Assembly (NCBI RefSeq): GCF_013149785.1
Contig: NZ_JABEZU010000001.1
Coordinates: 868,001-932,000 of the forward strand
Source of the DNA: Isoptericola halotolerans
GTDB lineage: Bacteria > Actinomycetota > Actinomycetes > Actinomycetales > Cellulomonadaceae
DNA: 64,000 nt
Reading direction: 5' to 3'
The translations under genes were made by a program, and so were the position numbers. Positions within the stretch are counted from its first letter, which is position 1; every line of letters starts with the position of its first letter. This document shows positions 29,201 through 39,415 of the stretch, in pieces. The notes below the pieces were generated by a model that made no database searches, had not been told where the DNA came from, and worked only from the letters and a program-made list of their open reading frames with translations.

Positions 29201-29800
29201 ATGGCCGCGCTGTACGTGGAGGTCGTCGTCCGCACGACGATGGACCGGCTCTGGGCGCTGACCCAGGACCCTGCCGAGCACGTGCGCTGGGACCTGCGGT
29301 TCAGCCGGATCGTGCCGACCGGGGAAATGTCCGGCGGAGGTGCCCGCTTCCGGTACGAGCGGGCGATCGGTCCCCGCACGATCCGCGGCACCGGTACCTC
29401 CCTGGGCGAACGGCACCGCCGCGACGGCACGCGCACCTCCGCGCTGCGGTTCGACACCGACGACCGCCTCTCCCCGCTGCGGGACGGGCGCGGCTACTGG
29501 CGCTACACCCCGGTCGACGGCGGCGTCCGCTTCGTGACCGGCTACGACTACACCCCGGGGTTCGGCCGTGCGGCCGACCGGCTGCTGCGCCCGGTGGTGC
29601 TGTGGATGACGGCGTGGAGCTTCGACCGGCTGCGTGTCTGGGCCGAGACCGGCACCCCGCCCGAGCGATGGCCGCTCGCCTCCGTGCTGGCGTTCTGGCG
29701 CCGGGACCGCCCCCGGGCGTCGCGCTGCGTGACCCGGCGCCCGGGCCGCGACCCGATGCGCGACGCCCCGGACTCGCTCGGCTCGCTGGAGGCCCCATGA
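29201..29800 (+). CDS. Conserved hypothetical protein, SRPBCC/polyketide-cyclase-like
   Basis: LW..TQDP..H.RWDLRF, GYWRY, TAWSFDRLR.W.E; coupled to downstream DUF4166-like gene. Confidence 0.6.
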   Translation: MAALYVEVVVRTTMDRLWALTQDPAEHVRWDLRFSRIVPTGEMSGGGARFRYERAIGPRTIRGTGTSLGERHRRDGTRTSALRFDTDDRLSPLRDGRGYWRYTPVDGGVRFVTGYDYTPGFGRAADRLLRPVVLWMTAWSFDRLRVWAETGTPPERWPLASVLAFWRRDRPRASRCVTRRPGRDPMRDAPDSLGSLEAP

Positions 29801-30501
29801 CCGACGTCCCGCGCGAGAGCGGAGAGAGCATCTTCCGGCGGGCGCTGGGAGCCGACTTCGACCGGCTGCACCCTCAGCTCCAGCGTCGCTTCGGGGTGTC
29901 GACCGACGACGGGTACGCCTGCGTGGGCCGGGGGACCATGCGCCGGATCCGCCGCGGTCCGTGGTGGACGGTGCCGTTCCTGCAGATCGGGCGGCTGCGC
30001 AACATCCTCGTCGCCGACGTGGGTCAGGACGTGCCCTTCACCGTCGAGAACTACCCCTACCGGGACCCGCTGGGCCGCGAGACGGTGACGTTCGTCCGGG
30101 AGTACCGCGTCCCGGGGCGGCGTCGTCCGAGCCGCTTCGACGCGACGATGGTCCTGGACGCGGGCCGCGGCACGATCGTCGACTACCTGGGCACGCACCA
30201 GCACCTCGCCGTCGACCTGGACCTGCAGGTCGAGCCCGACGGGTCGCTGCTCCTGCGGTCCGGCAACCAGCGGTTCTACGAAGGGCTGCTCGGCTTCCGC
30301 TTCCCGATGCTGCTCTCCGGGAGAGCGACGCTGCGCGAGCGCTACGACGACGAGGCCCAGGTGTTCCGCATCGACCTCGAGGTGCGGAACCGGCTTTTCG
30401 GGTTCCTCTTCGGCTACGACGGACAGTTCACCTGCGACTACCCCGCGGCGACGACGGCGCCCGAGCGGCTGCTGCCCGTGCGGCACGAGCGCCGGTTCTG
30501 A
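29797..30501 (+). CDS. DUF4166-like protein
   Basis: F.RALG.DF.RLHP.LQRRF, DYLGTHQH, FG.LFGY.G.F; ATGA overlap. Confidence 0.7.
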   Translation: MTDVPRESGESIFRRALGADFDRLHPQLQRRFGVSTDDGYACVGRGTMRRIRRGPWWTVPFLQIGRLRNILVADVGQDVPFTVENYPYRDPLGRETVTFVREYRVPGRRRPSRFDATMVLDAGRGTIVDYLGTHQHLAVDLDLQVEPDGSLLLRSGNQRFYEGLLGFRFPMLLSGRATLRERYDDEAQVFRIDLEVRNRLFGFLFGYDGQFTCDYPAATTAPERLLPVRHERRF

Positions 30502-30523
30502 GGCGGGGACGCGGGACGACGGC

Positions 30524-31672
30524 TCAGAGCACTGGCAGGGGCCGGCCCGCCCGCAGCTCGGCCACGAGGGCTCGCACCACCGCCTCGAGGCCGGGCTGGC
30601 CCCCGCCGTGCGCCGCGGCCACCGCGCGCTGGCGCTGGTAGGACGCGCCGGCGCGGACGATCTCATGGATCCCGGCCAGCTCGTCGGTGCAGCCGAGGCG
30701 CTCGGCCACGGGGGCGAGCTCGTCGAGGAGCCGGGGCAGCGCGTCGGTGATCAGCTCCTCGTTGCCCGCGGCGTCGAGGATGATGATGGCGTCCATGCCG
30801 TAGCGGGCTGCCCGCCACTTGTTCTCGTGGACGAACCAGCGCGGCATGGTGGGCAGCTCGCGTCCCTCGTCGAGCAGCGTGGAGAAGTGCTCCACGAGGC
30901 AGTGCACGAGCGCTCCCAGCGCCGCCAGCTCCAGCACGTTGGAGGTGCCGTCGCAGATCCGGACCTCCACGGTGCCGAAGTGCGGGGCCGGGCGGACGTC
31001 CCAGCGCACCTCGGTGAAGTCGTCGATGACGCCGGTCCTGAGCATGTCGTCCGTGTACTGCTCGAGCTGGCTCCACTCGGAGAACTGGTAGGGCAGCCCG
31101 GCGGTCGGCAGCTGCTGGAAGATCAGCGCGCGCATCGACGCGTACCCGGTGTCGTCGGCGCCCCAGTAGGGCGACGATGCCGAGAGGGCCTGCAGGTGGG
31201 CCACGTACACGAGCAGGGAACGCACGATGGGCAGCACCTTGGCCCGGTCCTCGATCCCGACGTGCACGTGCACGCCGTAGACGACCTGCTGACGGCCCCA
31301 CACCTGGGTGCGGTCGACGACGGTGGCGTACCGCTGCTTGTCGGTGACCTGCTGCTGGGACCAGTGCGCGAACGGGTGGGTGCCCGCGCCCATGATCTCG
31401 GCGCGCATCGGGGTGATGACGTCCTGGATGACCGCGATCCCGGCCTCGAGGTCGGTGATGGCCTGGCCGACGGTGCCGCACACGTCGGAGACGACCTCCA
31501 GGGTGTTGCGGAGGAACTCGGGCTTGACGTGGCGTGCCCGGGCGTCGGGGCCGAGCGCCTCCATCACGGCGGGCGCGACCTGCCGCAGGTTTCCCGAGTC
31601 GGCGTCCACGAGCGCCAGCTCCCACTCGAGTCCGACGCTCGAGCGACGGGACGGCGCGAAGTCCAAGGTCAT
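30524..31672 (-). CDS. Glutamate--cysteine ligase family 2 (YbdK-like)
   Basis: GLEWEL, GAGTHPF, GVHVHVG, SASSPYW, WDVRP, GTVEVRICD, ENKWRAARYG. Confidence 0.92.
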   Translation of the reverse strand: MTLDFAPSRRSSVGLEWELALVDADSGNLRQVAPAVMEALGPDARARHVKPEFLRNTLEVVSDVCGTVGQAITDLEAGIAVIQDVITPMRAEIMGAGTHPFAHWSQQQVTDKQRYATVVDRTQVWGRQQVVYGVHVHVGIEDRAKVLPIVRSLLVYVAHLQALSASSPYWGADDTGYASMRALIFQQLPTAGLPYQFSEWSQLEQYTDDMLRTGVIDDFTEVRWDVRPAPHFGTVEVRICDGTSNVLELAALGALVHCLVEHFSTLLDEGRELPTMPRWFVHENKWRAARYGMDAIIILDAAGNEELITDALPRLLDELAPVAERLGCTDELAGIHEIVRAGASYQRQRAVAAAHGGGQPGLEAVVRALVAELRAGRPLPVL

Positions 31673-31712
31673 GTGGTCATGCTTCCACGCCGCACGGGTG
31701 GCCGCCCGGACG

Positions 31713-32957
31713 CTAGCCGCGGTCGCCGAGCGGTTCGACGACGAGCACGTGCTGACGCCCGGCGATCCGGGTGAGCACGAGGGTGGCCGCGGCGTCCCCC
31801 TTGAGCGCGAGCTGCGACCGGAGCTGTTCCGGGGTGACTGCCGTGCCCCGCTTCTTGACCGTGAGCCGGCCGACGCCGCGCTCGCGCAGGTACGCCTTGA
31901 GCTTCTTCAGGTTGAAGGGCAGCACGTCCAGCACCCGGAAGCCCGTGGCGATCGGGGCGACGCCCGACGACGGCGCGGCGGCGGGGGCGTCCGTCGTCAC
32001 GTAGGCGATGGTGCGGTCCACGAGCCGTCCGCCGAGCTCGGCGGCGGCGTGCGCGACGAGCCCGGCACGCACCACGGCTCCGTCCGGCTCGTACAGGTAG
32101 CCGCCGACGGCGCCGACCTCGGGCACCAGCTCGGCGCCACCGGTGCCGTCCGTCTCGCGAGCCCGCAGGGTGCGCGACGCCGTGCCCTGCGCCGTCGTGC
32201 GCAGGACATGCGCCGACCGCCCCGGGCCGTCGGGAGCGAGCGGGCCGAACCACAGCCCGGCCTCGACGACGTCGCCGTCGACGGAGACCCACTGCACCTC
32301 GGCGTCGTCGGGCAGCCCGTGGTGGGGGATGCCGGGGCCGACCTTGATGCCGAGGGCGGGGACCTGGTCACGCAGCGCCCAGACCGCGTCGAGCGGGGGA
32401 GCGTAGGCGGACGGGTCGAAGATGCGCTTGCCGCCGCGGGTGCGACGGGCCGGGTCGGCGTAGACGCCGTCCACGCCCTCGGCGACCAGGTCGACGTCGA
32501 GCCCGTCGGTGTGCCGGACCTCGGCCTCGGGGAACGCCCGCAGGTTGACGGTCGCCATGGCGGCGGTCATCTCGTCGATGTCCGTGGCCAGCACGTCGAG
32601 GCCGACGCCGGCGAACGCGAGGGCGTCCGCCCCGACGCCGGAGGTGAGGTCGGCGACCTTGGTGACACCTGCCGCGAGGTAGCGGCGGGCGTGCAGCCCG
32701 GCGACGACGAGCCGGGTGGCCTGCTCGACGCCGTCGGAGGTGAAGAGCATGCCGTCGGCGAAGGAGCCGAGCTTGGTGCGGGCCTTGGCCCGCAGCCTGG
32801 ACTGGGTGAGCACGGCGGCGGCCAGGTCCGGGTCGACGCCCTCGGCACGGAGCCGGGTGGCCAGCACCATCGCCTGCGCCTCGTCGTACGGGGGGAGGGC
32901 GTTGAGCAGCGCCCAGCCCTCAGGGCTGAGCAGCTTGGTGAGGGAGGCCGGGTCCAT
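31713..32957 (-). CDS. Class I SAM-dependent methyltransferase with THUMP-like C-terminal domain
   Basis: EQATR, ADLTSGVGADA, DPARR, YLYEPDGAVVRA, VKKRG; typical neighbour of groES. Confidence 0.85.
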   Translation of the reverse strand: MDPASLTKLLSPEGWALLNALPPYDEAQAMVLATRLRAEGVDPDLAAAVLTQSRLRAKARTKLGSFADGMLFTSDGVEQATRLVVAGLHARRYLAAGVTKVADLTSGVGADALAFAGVGLDVLATDIDEMTAAMATVNLRAFPEAEVRHTDGLDVDLVAEGVDGVYADPARRTRGGKRIFDPSAYAPPLDAVWALRDQVPALGIKVGPGIPHHGLPDDAEVQWVSVDGDVVEAGLWFGPLAPDGPGRSAHVLRTTAQGTASRTLRARETDGTGGAELVPEVGAVGGYLYEPDGAVVRAGLVAHAAAELGGRLVDRTIAYVTTDAPAAAPSSGVAPIATGFRVLDVLPFNLKKLKAYLRERGVGRLTVKKRGTAVTPEQLRSQLALKGDAAATLVLTRIAGRQHVLVVEPLGDRG

Positions 32958-33012
32958 GGGGCCATCGTCTCAGGCGGCAGGCCGGGCGGGCGATGACGCC
33001 CTGGGAGGAATC

Positions 33013-33039
33013 CTGGCACTCGACTTGTCAGAGTGCTAA
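33013..33039 (+). promoter_or_regulatory. CIRCE element (HrcA operator)
   Basis: CTGGCACTC-N9-GAGTGCTAA upstream of groES. Confidence 0.92.
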
Positions 33040-33150
33040 CGGCTGCCTAGATTTGGTCCCAGCGCACGAGGCTGAGCCGGCACCCGCGACGACGGCCAGC
33101 GCCAGAGCGCGTCCCAGTCCAGCAAGTCATCGCGAACAAGGAGGTCCGAC

Positions 33151-33447
33151 GTGTCGGTCCCCATCAAGCCGCTCGAGGACCGGATCGTCGTCAAGGCCGT
33201 CGAGGCCGAGACCACGACCGCTTCCGGCCTGGTCATCCCGGACACCGCCAAGGAGAAGCCCCAGGAGGGCGAGGTCCTGGCGGTCGGCGACGGCCGGTTC
33301 GACGACCAGGGCAACCGTGTCCCGGTCGACGTGAAGGTCGGCGACAAGGTCATCTACAGCAAGTACGGCGGCACCGAGGTCAAGTACGCGGGCGAGGAGT
33401 ACCTGGTGCTCTCCGCGCGCGACATCCTCGCCGTCGTCGTCGGCTGA
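33151..33447 (+). CDS. groES: Co-chaperonin GroES
   Basis: [38 protein letters not shown]; aaggagg RBS. Confidence 0.98.
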   Translation: MSVPIKPLEDRIVVKAVEAETTTASGLVIPDTAKEKPQEGEVLAVGDGRFDDQGNRVPVDVKVGDKVIYSKYGGTEVKYAGEEYLVLSARDILAVVVG

Positions 33448-33502
33448 ACGAAGCCGGCAGACAGGCGCCGTGGGTCGATCACCGACCCTCGACGCTGACG
33501 AC

Positions 33503-33536
33503 CGAGGCCCCGCATCATCCGTGATGCGGGGCCTCG
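33503..33536 (+). terminator. Probable intrinsic terminator after groES
   Basis: cgaggccccgcatca-tccg-tgatgcggggcctcg followed by tcgtgtgtt. Confidence 0.8.
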
Positions 33537-33553
33537 TCGTGTGTTCAGAGGGT

Positions 33554-33735
33554 CTCAGCGGTGCCGTCGTCGGCCGAGCCTGCGGTTCCACGCCGGGCGG
33601 GCGCCTCGTCCCTCGACCCCCACCCGTCCCTGCACCTCCGGCTCAGCGGTGCCGTCGTCGGCCGAGCCTGCGGTTCCACGCCGGGCGGGCGCCTCGTCCC
33701 TCGACCCCCACCCGTCCCTGCACCTCCGGCTCAGC
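33554..33735. repeat. 88 bp intergenic tandem repeat x2 bounded by CTCAGC
   Basis: Units start at 33554 and 33642; third CTCAGC at 33730-33735 contains the whiB stop codon. Confidence 0.9.
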
Positions 33736-34021
33736 CGGCCTTGCGGTCGCGACCGGCGAGCGCGGCGCTGCGCTCGTCCTCGCTGAGCCCACCCCAGACG
33801 CCGTAGGGCTCCCGCACGCGCAGGGACTGCTCGCGGCACTGCATCATCACCGGGCACGAGTGGCAGATGGCCTTGGCGGCCTCCGCTCGTCGACGCCGGG
33901 TCGAGCCCCGTTCCCCTTCGGGGTGGAAGAACAGGGTGTCGTCCGCGTCGCGGCACGAACCCTGGTACTGCCACTCCCACAGCTCCATGACCGGCCCGGG
34001 CAGTCTTGAGATCTCTGTCAT
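33731..34021 (-). CDS. WhiB family Fe-S transcription factor (WhiB3/WhiD-like)
   Basis: WEWQ..GSCR, FFHPEGERG, AKAICHSCPVMMQC, EPYGVWGGLSEDER. Confidence 0.93.
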   Translation of the reverse strand: MTEISRLPGPVMELWEWQYQGSCRDADDTLFFHPEGERGSTRRRRAEAAKAICHSCPVMMQCREQSLRVREPYGVWGGLSEDERSAALAGRDRKAG

Positions 34022-34024
34022 GGC

Positions 34025-34075
34025 GAACAACCTACAAGTTGTGCAGAGGTTGTTCAAGGGGTTGGCACAAGTTGG
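34025..34075. promoter_or_regulatory. whiB promoter region with inverted repeat and phased GTTG repeats
   Basis: gaacaacct-N13-aggttgttc; GTTG at 34038, 34049, 34061, 34071; minus-strand TAGGTT 7 nt before ATG. Confidence 0.55.
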
Positions 34076-34221
34076 CCGGATCAGACCCGAATCGGCGTCC
34101 TGACCAGGTGATGAACCGCTTTGTCTCACGCGTGACCGGCTTTGAGCGATGAACTCCTCTCGGTTCGTGACGCGCCGGGGGCCGCAGTGGCGGCCTGGCG
34201 AAGCCCTGGCAGAATCGAGGC

Positions 34222-35334
34222 ATGACCTCCTCGCGACCGGCCCAGGACTCGGGCGGGTCACGCCCGTCGGGCCCCGGTCTTGCTGTCGCGGCCGTCGCCC
34301 GGCGTCTCGGGGTGGCCCCGGCCACCCTGCGGACGTGGGACCGTCGTTACGGTCTCGGACCCTCGGACCGCACCGCTGGATCGCACCGCCGTTACACACC
34401 GGACGACGTCGCGCGCCTGCTCGTCATGCGCCGGCTCACGCTCGAGGGCGTCGCCCCGGTGGACGCCGCGCAGGCGGCGCTCGAAGCCGACGTCGACGAG
34501 CTCGAGAAGGCGCAGAAGGCCTCGCTGCCTGCTGCGACGGAGGCGCACGAGCCGGCGGTCGGCGCCTCCTCCGGCACCGACGAGGCGCCCGGGCGGCCAG
34601 GACGCGCCCACCTGCGCGCGCTGCCGGGCGGAGGGCAGGGGGCACCGGGGCCGTCGGGGCACGGCGCCCCGGGCCAGAACGCCTCCGGCAAGGTCTCCGC
34701 CGTCGTCGACGCCGCGCTCGCCTACGACCAGGGCCGTTGCGACGACCTGTTGCGGATCCCCGCGCACGGCGATCCTGCGATGTGGTGGGCGCACCTGCTC
34801 GAACCGGCCTGGAACAGGGTCGCCGAGCGGACGGTGCTCGCCGGACCGGGCGCGGTGCCGGAGGTGGTCCTGGCCACCGCCGCCCTGCACGCGCTGCGGT
34901 CCTTCACCGAGGCGTTCGAGCAGGCCGTCGTGCAGAACGGCGGCCCACCCGCCAACCACCCGAGCCGCATGCGCAACATCGTGCTGATCTTCGCGGCGCC
35001 CGACGAGGTCGTGCCGCTCTCCGCGCACGCGCTCGCCGCCGCGCTCACCGCCAAGGGCAAGACGGCACGGATCGTCACGGGCCCGGCCAGCACCCGCCGC
35101 TCGCTGGAGCTCGTCACCATGGTCCGCCCGGCGGCGCTGGTGCTCGCGACCACCCAGCGGCGACCGGACCTCGACGTCGTCCACGCCGTCCACGAGGGCT
35201 TCCCCGACCTGCCGATCTTCGTCGGGCTGCGGCGCGACGACGCCGCGACCGAGATCCCCCTCGCTCCGCAGGTGCAGCGCGTCCGTTCCTTCACCGGTCT
35301 GCTCCACGAGGTCCTCGCCGTCGTCTCCTCCTGA
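34222..35334 (+). CDS. MerR family transcriptional regulator
   Basis: VAAVARRLGVAPATLRTWDRRYGLGPS, HRRYTPDDVARL. Confidence 0.88.
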   Translation: MTSSRPAQDSGGSRPSGPGLAVAAVARRLGVAPATLRTWDRRYGLGPSDRTAGSHRRYTPDDVARLLVMRRLTLEGVAPVDAAQAALEADVDELEKAQKASLPAATEAHEPAVGASSGTDEAPGRPGRAHLRALPGGGQGAPGPSGHGAPGQNASGKVSAVVDAALAYDQGRCDDLLRIPAHGDPAMWWAHLLEPAWNRVAERTVLAGPGAVPEVVLATAALHALRSFTEAFEQAVVQNGGPPANHPSRMRNIVLIFAAPDEVVPLSAHALAAALTAKGKTARIVTGPASTRRSLELVTMVRPAALVLATTQRRPDLDVVHAVHEGFPDLPIFVGLRRDDAATEIPLAPQVQRVRSFTGLLHEVLAVVSS

Positions 35335-35400
35335 CCCCGCACGGCACCTGGCTCGTCGGGTGACGGAGGGCACCTCCGGAGCGACGCCGACCGGCCGTAG

Positions 35401-36927
<1,527 letters not shown>

Positions 36928-36936
36928 GCCGAGCGC

Positions 36937-37671
36937 TCAGCCTGCCACGGGCGGCTCGACCGGCCACGCCGTCGAGGCGCCCGGCCCCTCGAGCCCCTTC
37001 GTCCGGCGCCACGCGTTGAAGCTCGTCGCCCAGCGGTGGTGCGCGTCCCGCTGGGCGGAGTGCAGGGCGTCCAGGGCGACCGCCCGCAGCTCCGGGAAGT
37101 GGTGGAGCTGGGCGTCGAGGACGTCCAGGGTGGCGAGGACGTCGACGTCGGCGCTGTGGAGCTCGCCCTCGCCGGTGATGCCGTACAGCTCCACGAGGTC
37201 GCCGAGGCGGCGCTTTCCCCGCCGGTAGCGGTCCTGCCACCGGTCGATGACCAGCGGGTCCAGCACGGGGGAGACGGGACGCCCGAGCCGTTGCGGCAGG
37301 GTGGGGAGCCCGTGGCGTGCCAGCTCGGCGTCCAGGAGCGTCAGGTCGAACGCGGCGTTGTACGCCACCACCGGCACCCCCGCGCGGCTGTGCTCGGCCA
37401 GGACCGCGGCGATCTCCTCCAGCGCCTGGCGGGGGGCCCGGCCGTGGGCGCGGGCGTGCTCGGTGGTCACCCCGTGGATCGCTGCCGCCTCGTCCGGGAT
37501 CTCCACGCCGGGGTCGACCAGCCAGGTGCGCACGTCCGTCGTGGTGGCGGTGCGCAGCACGACCGCGGCGGTGACGATGCGGTCGGAGTGCACGTCGACC
37601 CCCGTCGTCTCGGTGTCGAAGCCGAGCAGCGGGCCACCGTTCCATGCGGCGTGGTCAGCGGTGTCGTCCAT
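36937..37671 (-). CDS. DEDDh 3'-5' exonuclease (DnaQ-like)
   Basis: GFDTETTG, YNAAFD, HSADVD. Confidence 0.88.
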   Translation of the reverse strand: MDDTADHAAWNGGPLLGFDTETTGVDVHSDRIVTAAVVLRTATTTDVRTWLVDPGVEIPDEAAAIHGVTTEHARAHGRAPRQALEEIAAVLAEHSRAGVPVVAYNAAFDLTLLDAELARHGLPTLPQRLGRPVSPVLDPLVIDRWQDRYRRGKRRLGDLVELYGITGEGELHSADVDVLATLDVLDAQLHHFPELRAVALDALHSAQRDAHHRWATSFNAWRRTKGLEGPGASTAWPVEPPVAG

Positions 37672-37778
37672 CGTGAGTCCCTTCCTCGCATCCTGGTCCG
37701 GACCCTGCCACCCGCCACCGACAGCGCCCCGCGGACACTCTCGCGGCGCCCCGTGCCCCGGCCGGTAGGCTGGTCCGC

Positions 37779-38903
37779 GTGAGCAACGAGATCGAGATCG
37801 GCCGTGGCAAGCGCGGACGCCGCGCGTACTCCTTCGACGACATCGCGGTGGTCCCCTCGCGACGGACCCGTGACCCGAAGGACGTCTCCACCGACTGGCA
37901 GATCGACGCCTATCACTTCGACCTGCCGATCATGGCGGCCCCGATGGACTCGGTCATGAGCCCGGACACCGCGGTCGCGCTGGGCAACCACGGCGGTCTC
38001 GGCGTGCTGGACCTCGAGGGTCTGTGGACCCGGTACGAGTCCCCGGAGCCGTTGCTCGCCGAGATCCGTGAGCTGCCGGCCGACCGGGCGACGCGGCGCA
38101 TGCAGGAGATCTACGCCGAGCCGATCAAGCCCGAGCTCATCACCCAGCGCCTCAAGGAGATCCGTGCGGCGGGCGTCACCGTCGCCGGCGCCCTGTCCCC
38201 GCAGCGCACCCAGGAGCACTACCAGACGGTGGTCGACGCCGGCGTGGACCTCTTCGTCATCCGCGGCACCACGGTCTCGGCCGAGCACGTCTCGGGCAAC
38301 GCCGAGCCGCTGAACCTCAAGCGGTTCATCTACGAGCTGGACGTCCCCGTGGTGGTCGGCGGCGCCTCCACCTACACCGCTGCCCTGCACCTCATGCGCA
38401 CGGGTGCCGCGGGCGTGCTCGTCGGGTTCGGCGGGGGAGCGGCGCACACGACACGCGTCAGCCTCGGCATCCACGCCCCGATGGCCACCGCCGTGTCCGA
38501 CGTCGCCGCCGCGCGGCGTGACTACCTCGACGAGTCCGGCGGCCGCTACGTGCACGTCATCGCCGACGGCGGCGTCGGTCACTCCGGTGACGTCGTCAAG
38601 GCCGTCGCCTGCGGCGCCGACGCCGTCATGCTCGGTGCCGCCCTGGCGCGGGCCGCCGAGGCTCCGGGCAAGGGCTGGCACTGGGGACCCGAGGCGCACC
38701 ACGCGCAGCTCCCGCGCGGTGAGCGCGTCGCCGTGGGCACCGGCGGCACCCTCGAGGAGATCCTCTTCGGACCCGGCCGTCAGGCCGACGGGACCACGAA
38801 CCTCGTCGGCGCGCTGCGGCGTGCGATGGCGACCACGGGCTACTCGGACCTCAAGGAGTTCCAGCGGGTCGAGGTCGTCATGTCCCCCTACCAGCCGCGG
38901 TGA
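37779..38903 (+). CDS. guaB3: GuaB3 family IMP dehydrogenase-related protein
   Basis: EIEIGRGKRGRRAYSFDDIAVVPSRRTRDP, LNLKRFIYELDVPV. Confidence 0.92.
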   Translation: MSNEIEIGRGKRGRRAYSFDDIAVVPSRRTRDPKDVSTDWQIDAYHFDLPIMAAPMDSVMSPDTAVALGNHGGLGVLDLEGLWTRYESPEPLLAEIRELPADRATRRMQEIYAEPIKPELITQRLKEIRAAGVTVAGALSPQRTQEHYQTVVDAGVDLFVIRGTTVSAEHVSGNAEPLNLKRFIYELDVPVVVGGASTYTAALHLMRTGAAGVLVGFGGGAAHTTRVSLGIHAPMATAVSDVAAARRDYLDESGGRYVHVIADGGVGHSGDVVKAVACGADAVMLGAALARAAEAPGKGWHWGPEAHHAQLPRGERVAVGTGGTLEEILFGPGRQADGTTNLVGALRRAMATTGYSDLKEFQRVEVVMSPYQPR

Positions 38904-39346
38904 GCGAGCCTGACCCGCGGCAGACGATCCTGCGGGAGATCACCGACGACGACGTCGAGCAGGTCGTCGCGCTGTGGCGCGAGTGCGACCTGACCCGGCC
39001 GTGGAACGACCCGCACCGCGACGTCGCCGACGCCCGGCGCAACCCGACGTCCACGGTGCTCGTCGCGCTCGACGCGACCTCCGCCGTCGTCGGCTCGGCC
39101 ATGGCCGGGTACGAGGGGCACCGCGGGTGGCTCTACTACGTGGCGGTGGCCCCGCAGCTCCGGGGAACCGGGCTGGGACGGGTGCTCGTCGGCGCTGCCG
39201 AGGAGTGGCTCCGCCGCGCCGGAGCGAGCAAGGTGCGCCTGATGGTCCGCTCCACGAACGCCGCAGTGCTCGGCTTCTACGCGAGCCTCGGCTACGAGGA
39301 CGCCGAGTGCACCGTGCTCGGGCGGACGCTCGAGCCGTCGCGCTGA
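38900..39346 (+). CDS. GNAT acetyltransferase (YpeA-like)
   Basis: LTRPWNDP, AGYEGHRGWLYYVAV, FYASLGY. Confidence 0.88.
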   Translation: MSEPDPRQTILREITDDDVEQVVALWRECDLTRPWNDPHRDVADARRNPTSTVLVALDATSAVVGSAMAGYEGHRGWLYYVAVAPQLRGTGLGRVLVGAAEEWLRRAGASKVRLMVRSTNAAVLGFYASLGYEDAECTVLGRTLEPSR

Positions 39347-39415
39347 GAGCGAACGACACGGACATCTGACGCAGTGTTCACGGTGCCGTCACCGGCGCCG
39401 CATAGAGTGTCGCCC

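Noticed and set aside
33554..33735. Possible CRISPR array
   Set aside because: Units are identical end to end with no unique spacers, there are only two, and no cas genes are in the window.
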